A DNA stretch of 64,000 bases, taken from contig OZ281499.1 in assembly GCA_965637545.1 (NCBI GenBank), positions 4,402,001 to 4,466,000 of the forward strand, in the 5' to 3' direction. The notes below the pieces were generated by a model. That model was given only the letters and a program-made list of their open reading frames with translations. It ran no database searches and was not told where the DNA came from. The translations under genes were made by a program, and so were the position numbers. Of the stretch, positions 51,357 to 62,851 are shown in pieces (positions within the stretch are counted from its first letter, which is position 1; each line of letters begins with the position of its first letter). The DNA comes from Phallusia mammillata. Taxonomy: Eukaryota.

Positions 51357-54300
51357 GATAATAGTTTGTAGTAATGTAGAGTAGATTACACCGCAGTGAA
51401 TTTTTCCAGTATTTTGAATTGATTTCTAATGAATAACCTTAAATGTTACCCTTAACTTGTATATATGTAAATGTGTATGTGAATTTACGATACATTTGTA
51501 CTGTAGATAGATGTAATGCTTGCATTCCACCATTGTGCCCTTAACTTTGTCGCGCTTTATAGCGTCCCAACGTTGCGCAGCTATTTCCTGGTTTGGTGAA
51601 TATTTTAGCGCTATTGTGCTGCTACGATTTGCCCAGCGAAATAAACTCAACTTAACTAAAAAAATGTCAAATAAAACATGTTTTTAGATGGTTTAAAAGC
51701 GTATCTTAAAGGTAAAAGGCCAACTAACTAAATTTGCAGAGACAAAATGGGTAAAAATGAAAAAAAGTTGCAGCAGATTCAGATTAAATACTTTAACAAA
51801 TATTATTTTATGTCGAGAGTTACCCTTTATTTCACATGAAAGGGAATTCCCCATCGGTGTGAAGGAAAATATTAACACAATCACTGATATGTGGCGACCC
51901 AAGCAAAATTTATTCAGTTCGTTTTTTTGATTTGAAACACAAAGGAATTATTTAATCAATCAAATTGTAAATTTCTTCATACAGTTTTAAGGTAATTAAT
52001 AAGCTTTACGGAACATTTAGATCAGTGCTACTCCAATAGTGGAACACGTACCGGTAGAAATTAGTTTTGCTTTTCGGTCAAAAGAGTTTACCATCTCACG
52101 CTGAAGAAAAACGCAATAGTGAAAAAATGAGACAAGTTTGTTGATGAGATGAAGTAACTTTACGAAAATGTCGCAAAACAAATTTATCTTACCCGAAAGA
52201 ATACTGCTTCCATTTAGAGGCTGTGTGATCTGGAGCTATTTGTTGCTAGAATTTGCCAAGTTTTGAATTCCTTTTCTTCACTTTCATCTTCCATGTTCCA
52301 GGACACAAGCTAAATGTGTTTTTGGATTCACACATAAATATTAAAGCAAATGCAGATCAACGTATTACATTTAAACATTAGCGAATGCATCTTTATTTCG
52401 ATTTGATTTAACGCTTGTGTACAACATTATACCTCTCATATTTGGCACGACGTCGCACTATACACATGGTTCCGTCTTTTTCCGCATCGCATTTGTGGAA
52501 ATGCAAGGCATTAGAAAATGAGTGAGCACCGATAATTTACAGCTAAAATATAGTAGGTTGAAAAGGTTTAGTATTGCAAATATGATAATAATGCACGGTT
52601 AGACATAACAGACAAATGTTACACCACACATTACATAAACAGTTTGTTTTTACTATTACCTCTTGAGAAAACGGTAAACAGTCTTTCAGTTAAGTAGGAT
52701 TATCGTTTGCAACGACATGACACGCACTACTAAGAAACACTTTTGAACCGCACTACTACGGGCAGGAGTATACCACCCTTACAGTTACCCCAATATCAGT
52801 TAATGAAAACATAAATGGCCTTAAACATAAATTAGACTTACTTACACAATGTAACTTTCGGAATTTACGCGCCTGGTACCGCGCTCGTGTCACACTAGAA
52901 GTCCAATTTCTGGAAATGCGTGAATTTTATTTGACGCACACGTCAATTATGTGGCACATGTCAACACGGTTTTCTGCAAAGAAAACATACACTCAAAAAA
53001 TGGGAAACAGAAATTTATTTTATGTCGGTAAAAGTGTTACCGAATTATTTCGGCTGGCCTGATAAATCGATGTTATGCACCAAGCCTGCTTACTTAATTC
53101 GCAACCGGTCCAGAACCCTGCAGTAACGACACACCACTAAAGCCAATTACTCCCGCACACTGGTTTAGCTTATGGGCGGGGATTGTATTTAAAACAATGT
53201 AAAAACGCCACCAATACCAACACTAACACCACCACGTTTCATGGCGAGAAAAAGCCATTTAATCGACTAAAGACGCCCTATTTATAGCACGTGAAACAAG
53301 AAAGCACATTCCGGCGCAATCAACGCCTTGCAAACCAATCACCCCTAAGGGGAAGCAGCGAGGGTGCCACAACACAAAAAACGTTATTAAGGTGCCACAA
53401 CGAAAAAGAATGAAAACAATAAGCGACGGTGACAAAAACCAACAAGCAAATAAAATTTCGCTACAAAAGCTTACCGGAGTTTTGGACCACATAGCTTGAT
53501 ATCGTCAGAAAGCATTCTACACATATAAAACCGTGTACTTCAAATATACGGTAAATTGGACATATTTAATACAAAATCAAGCTCACATTGTAAAAGCATC
53601 ATTATTCCTTTCATCAGAGTTATAAACTAAGCATTACTCCCTATTAATGACAAACAAAATATATTTCATCACTTCAATTACTTAAAGTTTGCAAATTCAA
53701 ACCAGCAATTAACAAACTACACGTGGTCCAAACTAAACCTAATACTAAATGGGCAAAAGCACAGCAGAGAGAAAGAAACTACAAGGGTATCGTTACGTCA
53801 TAGGGGATTCTGGCATTGAGGCGCAATCACACCATACGAGATGTGACGTAGGTATACGGTTGAGTAATTTACAATGTTACATAAAGATAAACTCTTATTT
53901 CTTGGCCTCTTACCTTGTGTTTTAGATGTTAAAATAATGTTTGTTAATGCTGTTACACACATGAACGAATGGTATGTTCCTCATTTTTTAATCAAACCCA
54001 AAGCCTCACTGAGAAAATCTTTTTTGCCTGTAACACCTCGCATAATAACCACATATGTAAATTTAACAAACTCGACTCAAAAACGTAATACCTGGACAGT
54101 AACCTGTCAAACTGGAGGCTTTATTGCAGTAAATGAACTCCTAGCAACGTTTATCTGCAAACGAAGGCATCGTCCACGCTAATTACTTCAAACCTTGTGG
54201 TTCCTTTAGGGCTAGGCAGCTGTTGTGCAGTGGGCAATCAGGAAAGCGCTTATCCCTAAGACAGGTAATCACAGAAGTGTAGAGCATTTAGGTTCTTGGT

Positions 54301-54702
54301 TTGGCCTTGAGCAAGGTCCGGTTTTGGAACTTTACTATTCAGGCACAAAAGGTCTGTTTAAATTCTTCAATGTTTAGCTTCGTAATTCTCAGTCTTGCAT
54401 TGCACTATGCGAAATTTCAGCGTTCCGTCGTTTACGCATCAGTGTGACGTCACACACACGAACGCACTGCTGTGTGGCGACACCAAGCGACGCAAAACCA
54501 ACTTAAGGTTTTGAGATTTATACAATGATAGCGTATCGATTGTTGTACATTACCTATGCACCCATCCTTTACGCCACTGTAACTAGTTTACATTGCAATA
54601 CAGAGTGAATTTACAAACTTATAATAATAACTCAGGGTGCTTTTGCAATAGCGACATATGCTAAATTATCTTTTTAGTTATTTTGGTCACCATTGCGCAT
54701 AT

Positions 54703-54980
54703 GAAAATTGGTTCGTGTTTCTGGTTAACAACAAACCAGACACTTTACTGACTATGAAGTACGAAGTGTCGGGGTAATTTGGAACAATGCAATTGGGCGA
54801 GGGCATTTGTTAAAAAAAATATAAGAAACGACAAAATAACCCAAAAATGTACGTGGGTTGCAATCCACAAACGACCAATGATTTTCGTTCCACATTGCCA
54901 CATCAGTATAGCAAACACATCGAAGACAAATTGGGCGACGTAGAACCTAGATACCGTCAACTGTGTGGAGTTGTTCAGAT
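54703..54980 (+). pseudogene. Heavily decayed internal fragment of the family
   Basis: GAAAATTGGTTCGTGTTTCTGGTTAACAACAAACCAGAC...GCAATTGGGCGAGGGCATTTG...GAACCTAGATACCGTCAACTG aligns to GNCFVFLVNNEPD...GNWARAFD...EPKYRRL. Confidence 0.75.
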
Positions 54981-55469
54981 ATAAAGCGTTAATTCACACA
55001 AATCAGGCTTGTTAAGTTTTATCGTACATTTTAGGTTGAACAGTTAGCTTGATAATAGCTCTAAATTATGAGCACATTAACCTTCTTTGTCGAGTTAGCT
55101 AACGTTGTGAACCGATGAGATATGGGTCTGGAAGATTGATTTTTTCTAAAACCAACCAAGTTGTCTATTATGTTCAAAAAATAGGGAATATTATGTTCAA
55201 CCCATTTAATTGAAACCATTTCGAATTTGCCCTTTATTTCACAACAGTTAAAAAAGTTACATGAAGCGGACACACCGCAAATGACGAAATGCAAATCTCG
55301 TTGATGTGACCAAGCAAATCATCCAAATGGGAGCTAAAACTTAATTACGGATGGGTAAATGATGTTGCGAGAACAAAGCAAACATTTTAAGTGAAGCTTG
55401 TCATGCACGAGACTGTATAGAGCTACATTCGGGCCTTATATGTTAATTTGGCGTAGCTAAGACTATATA

Positions 55470-55852
55470 CAGGGTTGCCATCGACTTGAAACTAAAAATA
55501 AGGACAACCGAAAAATTAATTTTTTATGCGAAACGAAACAAACGTTTTTGAACAAACCTTTGCATTTATACGAGTCATGATACATCATTTGCAATATTTT
55601 GGCCAGAAACATCATGTTCCAGCAACCCGTTGTTCGTAGAAAATACTAAGTGCATCTCACAACAGGCCAGGTCTGGGTTTACTTTTACTTGTAGCATGGT
55701 TTTGACTATAGTAATTGTTGAAAATAAGACAAAATAAGGACTCCAGTCAAAAATAAGGACATTTCTTAGAAATAAGGACAATGAACTTTTCTAAGACGTA
55801 ACCCTTCAAAATAAGGACAAATCTTAGAAATAAGGACGGTATGGCAACCCTG
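55470..55852. mobile_element. Non-autonomous hAT MITE, 383 bp, present in only one duplicate
   Basis: TIRs CAGGGTTGCCA / TGGCAACCCTG; TSD ACTATATA / ACAATATA; AAATAAGGAC subterminal repeats; empty site at ~32390. Confidence 0.88.
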
Positions 55853-56482
55853 ACAATATATTTAAAACTGCAAAAATCTCGTTACAGGCCGGTTCATCGT
55901 ATGAGGTACTTGATTGTAATGAACACTATGCCACTGTAACTGACAATTACAATCTTAGACAACGCTTCAGTTACAGATGCACTAATTTTTCTACGTGGAA
56001 ACAATACTAAAGAGGAATGTTGCATTTGTTTAGCATAAACAATGGTGTTTCCAAAGAGAAAAGCTACATTAGTCAATAGTAGGTTTAGTATGAAGTTAAA
56101 AGCTGTTCCAGGTGATAAACCACTGAGGTTTTAGGCGACAAATCGACCGAACGTAATTTTCCACCATGTCGGTTAGCTAGTACCTGTAACACAAGGAACG
56201 ACCAGTTTAAATTTAGCAGACCAAACACAACTGTAACGTCACGTGACGTAGTTTGTTAAGGTGATATGTCAACCATATATGATTCAACTGTTTGTGTCAA
56301 TATGCGTGTCGCGTAATTGGATATGCACTTATTGTAAGTCATACTATACGAACGATGCAGCTTTTGTTCGATTTTAGCTTAATCGCAGGGAGCACAAGGT
56401 TTCTACACCTGTATGTTGATCATTACACCTGAGGCAGACATTGGAAACATATAACTTTAATAAAGGAAAAACAAGTTACAGA

Positions 56483-57589
56483 ATGAGTTCGTCGTTTGAA
56501 AACGTGCTTGATTTATTAAATTTCACTATTGAAGTTGGAGACCGAGATTCTGTGGATCCACAAAGATTTTCAGATTTTGAAGGAAGGTTTCGTGACGAAC
56601 TGGAAAAAAGATTCAAATCATTTCAAGATGAAGGAGCAACATTTTCTTTTTCACATTTTCAATATTACAAGATTCAGATTGACAATCTCAATGGAAAACA
56701 AGTTCTTCGAATTTTGATATCACTCACAAACAACGAAATTTGGATGCAAGATGGAAATTGCTTTGTGTTTCTTGTCAACAACGAACCAGATACTTCACTG
56801 ACTGTGCTTCGCAGTTATTGTTGGTTTGAACCTAGAAGTGTTTTGGCTAAGTCTGGAGAAGAAAAAGGCAGACACGCAAGAGCATTTGATGACAAAACAT
56901 GTTACAAGCGCCAAAAGATAGCTGACTTTGTCGGCTACGATTCACAAACACTTGAAAAATTTCGCTCCACATTACCTGAGCAATATGAGATATACATGCA
57001 ACAGACGATGTCCAATTTGGAACCAAAGCATCGTCGGTTGTTTTTTGGAATTGTGTTCGAGATAGCAAAGTGTCACGTGAGACATTGGAAAGTTCACAAA
57101 CATTTAAAACACTTCCCAACAGCCTCCCTTGTCAAATTGGCACTTGATAATGGATGTAGTGGAAAGCTGCAAGCGGTTTTTAACGAACATAATATTCTGA
57201 AAGATTTGTTTAAAGAAATCAGCAAACAGCTGAGTGAAGAAGAAAGAGTTTCTGTCTACCATGCTCGTAAAGATGAACTACGAAAAGAAGGAGCAAAGTT
57301 AATTATTGACAAGTAAGTTTTCTGCCTTCTGTTTGAAATAGTCACCATTAGTGAAATGCTAGCTATGCAAATCGGATATAACAGCATAAAAGCAACTGGC
57401 ACACACATTAGGGCCAAAAACGTACCTTTTTTCATTTTTTTGCTTCTATATTATTAACACGAGACACATTGTTTTCGCAAACACAATTCCTGTTCTCATT
57501 TCAGAATTTTCCCACCAACCGCTGAAGGAAAGTACGATAAAAGTAAAGTAACAAAAGTTGCTGATGAGATGAAATCATTTTACTTGTAA
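56483..57589 (+). CDS. Array family paralog 18, ~304 aa; near-identical to paralog 11
   Basis: Exon 56483-57312, 192-nt intron, exon 57505-57589. Confidence 0.92.
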
Positions 57590-58127
57590 AAACGTTTACA
57601 GAAAATGTCAAAATGTCCGAGAACATATATTAATCTTTATCGATTTATTTTATTCCTAAACGTGTAAATCTGTAAATAAATAATGTATAGCAGTTGTCAA
57701 TCTATTGGGGAAAGCAAGTTGCAATTGTCCAGAATTTCGACATAAAATCTGTGTTGAGTACCCTAAACTGGAAACATGTTACACAATATTTAGTTGCAAA
57801 GGTAGCAGGAACAGATTTGTTTAACGTTAACTTACGATTTTACCCGTTAATGGTTTTTATTAAATCGATAAGATATAGTCTTAAAAACTGGTATGCAACC
57901 TTGAGAAAAAGTAATTCAAACAAATATTAAACGTTAAGGATTTAGCGTGCATTGTGTGGAATACGAGACGAAATAAATCAGAACAGCAAGGGATTTCCCC
58001 CTTAACGTGAGAAAGGTTTTCTTGCGTTTCGTCGTTCAAGCATCGATGTGACGTCACGCTTACCAGGCGCACTGCCCTGTGGCGACACCTAGCGACACAA
58101 AACCAAGGTTATGGTAATGGTATAGTG

Positions 58128-58437
58128 CAGGGGTCGGCAACCCCTGGCACACGTGCCAAGGTTGGCACGCGAGGTGGTATTTCATGGCACGCCAACCGGT
58201 TTGCGTGTTATATTAAAGTAAAAATTTAACCTGTTACAATGCTTGTTTGTAGTTTTTATCATGCCATTATCTTAAAATTCAGCCTTACATGCAAAAAAAC
58301 ACTCTGCTTTCTCTTTATCATTAATATTTGTTGGCACGAACCAGTATTATTTGGAAAAACGTTGGCACGCGAGGTCATTAACACATGGAAATAACAAGTA
58401 AATTGGCAAGCGTCGCCTAAAAGGTTGCCGATCCCTG
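58128..58437. mobile_element. Duplicate of the 310-bp hAT MITE
   Basis: Same TIRs and GTATAGTG TSD as 34687-34996. Confidence 0.92.
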
Positions 58438-59552
58438 GTATAGTGTGTCGATTGTTGTGTATTACCTATACACCCACGCTATTACCCCACTGACTCTCTA
58501 AATTTTAAAGGAATCGTACCATGTGTAGACTAAGCCATTGTACATTTGTAGACTAAGCCATTGTAAAGCGTTACTTACTGAGTTTCATCTTATAGCCCTA
58601 CCTGTTTTCCCATTAACATCCTAAAGTAGAATAAACATTTAAGAATGTCTTATTTTATTGAGATTGGCACCCCTTATAACCTGTATATTTAAGCAGAATG
58701 GTAAATGCTAAAACTTTTTATAATAAGCCATAGTGTACGACTGTACCTTCAATTGCTACTTATGCTAAGCAACCTTTTTAGATATTTTGTTAATCATTAC
58801 GCAAGTGTGACGACCGCGTGACATTGGTTACCTGTGTCACAGTTTTTGCGAAGTGAAACTAAAGTTATCACTTGTTAGATTGTGACCTGTGTTACAAAAG
58901 TCGTAATAGGAATCATTTCAGCGTGACCCATGTTGACAATACGCCGCTACACGATTGGTATTTGCGCGAAATTACCGTAGCGGCTATGGAGAAGTAACTC
59001 ATTCTGAATGTTTGTAACAAGCAGAGTCAGTTGAACAAAGTACAACACAAAAATTTGAAAAACAAAACAAAGAAAAAGACAAAAGAGTTAAGTTTACAGA
59101 ATGAAGTTGTCGTTTTAAAATGTGATGTAAAGCATCAATATTGAAGGTCAAGATTCTGTAGGTTAAGCGCAGGTTTAATGGAATGTCACCAGACATTTCA
59201 ACACTATCAAGAAAAAATTTGCACATTTTCAAATCAGGAGAAGAACGTTTTCTTTGCAATTGTCCAATATAACTAAATTGATATTAGTAATCTTATCAAA
59301 TATAGCTTTAATCAGCTGAAATCTGTCAGCAATACAAAAGCACTGTTTCGAAAAGTGGTTGGCTTTATAATCCAATTGAGCAGTGTTACGCTTTGGCGGG
59401 ATGTTAATTAACCCATCAACTGTAACTTAAAGTTTATGGTCAAATAGTTTATTATTTGACAGCCTAAATCTCACCAAACGTTTAAATTTAAGGATAAGTG
59501 AAATCCAAACGTTTGTAGACATAACTTAACGAAACCACACTGACACGTAAAA

Positions 59553-60876
59553 ATGAGTTTGTCATTTGAAGAAGTCCTAAACTTGCTAAGCATCACTGTT
59601 GAAGTAGACGACGACGATTTTCCCAACATTCAGGAGATGCTCAACTTTGAGGGACAATTTAGGCAGTTTCTGGAAGGAAAACTACAGCACTACCTAAAAA
59701 AAGGAAAAGTGACACAACTTTTCAATTTTGAATATTACAAAATTGAAATTGGCGAGTTAAACGGAAAACAAATTCTTCGAATGTTAATATCACTAACAAA
59801 CAACGAGGAGTTGATGAAAGATGGAAATTGTTTTGTGTGCTGTGTAAACGATGTCGGAGAAAATGCAATTATTGTATTCTAAAAATATTGCATTGAGCCT
59901 AAAGGGGCTGTTGCAGAGAACAAAGGGGAGCGAGGAAACTGGTCTAAGGCATTTGATGAAAAAACATGCATCCTACAACGCAGAAATCCAAAATATCTTG
60001 GTTTAGACAAACAAACAATCGAACAGTTTCGTTCCACTTTATCAGAGCAGTACAACAGCTTTTTGTCAACAAAAATGGCGGATTTGCAACCACAATATCG
60101 TCGGTTGTTTTTTGGAGTTGTATTCGAAATAGCTAAGTGTCATGTGAGGCATTGGGAAGTTTACAAACATTTAAAACACTTTCCAACTGCTTCTCTTATC
60201 AATTTGGCAATTGATAATGGATACAGTGGAAAGTTGCAGGCCGTGTTTAACGACCATGACATCATGAAAGATTTGTTTGATGAAATCAATCCACAGCTTT
60301 GCACAGAAGAAAGACTTTCTGTCTACCATGCTCGTAAAGATGAACTACGAAAAGAAGGAGCAAAGTTAATTATTGACAAGTAAGTTTGTTACCTTCTGTT
60401 GCAAAAAGTCACAGTAATATGCTAACTCTGCAAATCGGCTGTAACAGCATAAAGGTAACTGACACACACGTTAGGTTAAAAAATGGCGTTAGAATGTAGC
60501 ATTTTTTAGTTGTTTTTTTCACATACTCCCAACATGAGACATCTTGAGATTGGAAGCCCAATCATTTGATATCGCGCGGTGTTTTCATACGTTGTGACGT
60601 GCTTGCGTTTCATTCTTTTTTCCTTTGTTTATCGTGCACTGTACTAGTCGCATTCAGTGTTATTTACCCCGATGAAGACAACCTGTATAGGACGTCGAAA
60701 CGTCGGCATAAAATCACATTTGCCAGAAGAGCTCTACAAATTTGACGAGACATATTGTTTTCGCAAACGAACATCTCCTTTCTCGTTTCAGAATTTTCCC
60801 ACCAACTGCTGAAGGAAAGTACGATAAAAGTGAAATAACGAAAGTTGCTGATCAGATGAAATCATTTTACTTGTAG
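59553..60876 (+). pseudogene. Paralog 19, duplicate of paralog 12 with a TCA>TAA nonsense at 59880
   Basis: ORFs 59553-59882 and 60063-60383 are in the same frame. Donor at 60380, last exon 60792-60876. Confidence 0.88.
60547..60744 (+). mobile_element. Second copy of the ribozyme-bearing insert, catalytic core mutated
   Basis: CCGATGA at 60669 (U4>C) and GACA in stem II; flanking 13-bp repeats each carry one mismatch. Confidence 0.78.
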
Positions 60877-62851
60877 AAACTTTTGCAAAAATGTCAAGAT
60901 GCCCAAGAACGTGTAATGATCTTTATCGAATCATTTTGTTCCTAAATGTGTAAATCTGTAAATAAATAATGTATAGTGATTGTCATTCGTTTGGTGTCAT
61001 TGCAATACAATTGACCGAAAGTTAAATGTTAGCGCAATGATATTTTTATGTGTTTTTTGACACGCACCGATGTGATTTTATGCGTACCAAAACCATTGCT
61101 CTGCAGCGACATCAAGTGACTTTCGACAAAAGTTAAGACAATTATGCGAAAATGGGACGTAAAGCGTTTGCCTTCGAATCTGACATTCGAGATCCTGTAA
61201 TACGAAATGTCATTTGAAAAATCTAGCAGTGGAACCAGCAGCATTTGAACCTATAAAGACACAAAAGATTTTACTGCGTGAATACCTCTGCTTGAAAAGG
61301 GTTATCGAAAATCCGTTAAGGAATCTTCGAAAATGCTGTCATCATAAATTACTTCAATTAGTCAGCAAACAAACAGTTGAAGTATAAATTTATGTCATGT
61401 TTGCTTTTCGGTGTTTGATTGCGAAACATCAAAGCTTTTTACCTGGTTTGGGTATTTACTCCGTGTAATGTTGTAAATCAAACCCATAAATCAAAAGGCC
61501 CTATAAGCAATTTAGTGTATTTACAACTCCCAGCAAGCTAAAGAATTAACTACAGCTTTCCCGATAGTAAAATATGTCATTGCAAAGCGTCAGTAACTGG
61601 ATTTTCTCTTGTAGCGTTATGTTGCATTTAAAATTGGCTGATAAATTTTGTCTCTGTGTGTGTAAATTATAATGTATAATCTTTCCAATTTTGCAACCAA
61701 TATGATATTTTATAACATATCCTCTGCACCTAATTTAAGTCGTATTTTGCGAAACAATGCGAAACGGTCATCAAAGCTTTTGAGTGAGGGGCAAAGGTCA
61801 CATGATAAATAATTGTTATTCGATAAGCGAAATCAAATCCAACCAATATGACGTCACACTTACGAGACGCTTTATTCTGTTGCGCCACCAAGCGACACAA
61901 AATCAACTTAGATCATAACCGTTCAAATAGGGGTAGACCGCGAGACTTTAGTTCCAATCTACTTGTGCCATTAAGTTCTGTGTGAAGCGAAAAAAATGTT
62001 GCCGATATGATTGTCACTTTTGTTGCACAAAATAAATCATTTTCAGCATGACTAAAGTTAACAATGTGTCGCTATAAAATGGTGTTTGTGCCCCACGACC
62101 AACTAAGCCACACTGTCAGTATTTGAGACAAGACAGTTACGGTATGCGGTTATGTGCTTAACTTCACCACCTGTGGACAAGAAACTCATTGTAAATGTGA
62201 GGTTGAAAAAACTCGAACTCTAAATTAAATTGCTTTAATCTTAACTTTGCTTATTTCGAAAAAACTAAATAGGCTATTACAGCTTAAAACAGGTTTTTAA
62301 ACATGTCTTAAGAAAGTTTTTGAAATGCAGACATCGTAAATTATCTCCTTTGTCAGCAAACAAAACCGCTGAAGTTTAAATTAATTTGATGTTTGCTATC
62401 CAATGTCCGATTTCGTGACTGTTATTTAGATATTTACCCAGTGTCATGCTGTTAAAGGATAATTTGGAAACAAACAAATTAAGTTCGAAAAAGGCCTCCA
62501 AGCATACTATCGCGAGTTTTTCCACCCTGCAAACTAGAAAGAAGGCAAAAGATTACGTAGTCTCTTAATTGCAATACAGGCACTACATTTATTTTGTTAC
62601 AATGATATTAGTCAGTTTGTAAGTGAAATGAGTAAACTTTTAGAATAACCTTGTTCACACATTCGTGTCGCAGAAGAATCGGTTTGGGTTTATAAAATAT
62701 CAGTTAATTTATTGGTTTGTGTGCTTAACCCTAGCACCTGTGGGTGAGCTCCTCATTGTAAATGTGAGAAGTCACCAAACTCAGTTGAATAAGTTCAAAG
62801 TCTAAATACAGCACCAAATTTTGGAAACAGACAAAGAGTTAAGTTTGCAGA

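Noticed and set aside
53259-53492. 77-aa hydrophobic minus-strand ORF
   Set aside because: Short, non-ATG start, single copy, no recognisable motif.
662-57119. Recurrent minus-strand ORFs overlapping the family genes (e.g. 662-1060, 15122-15442, 21634-22035, 36294-36614)
   Set aside because: They are antisense shadows of the repeated coding exon. Their starts, ends and lengths vary between paralogs, so they are not a conserved gene.
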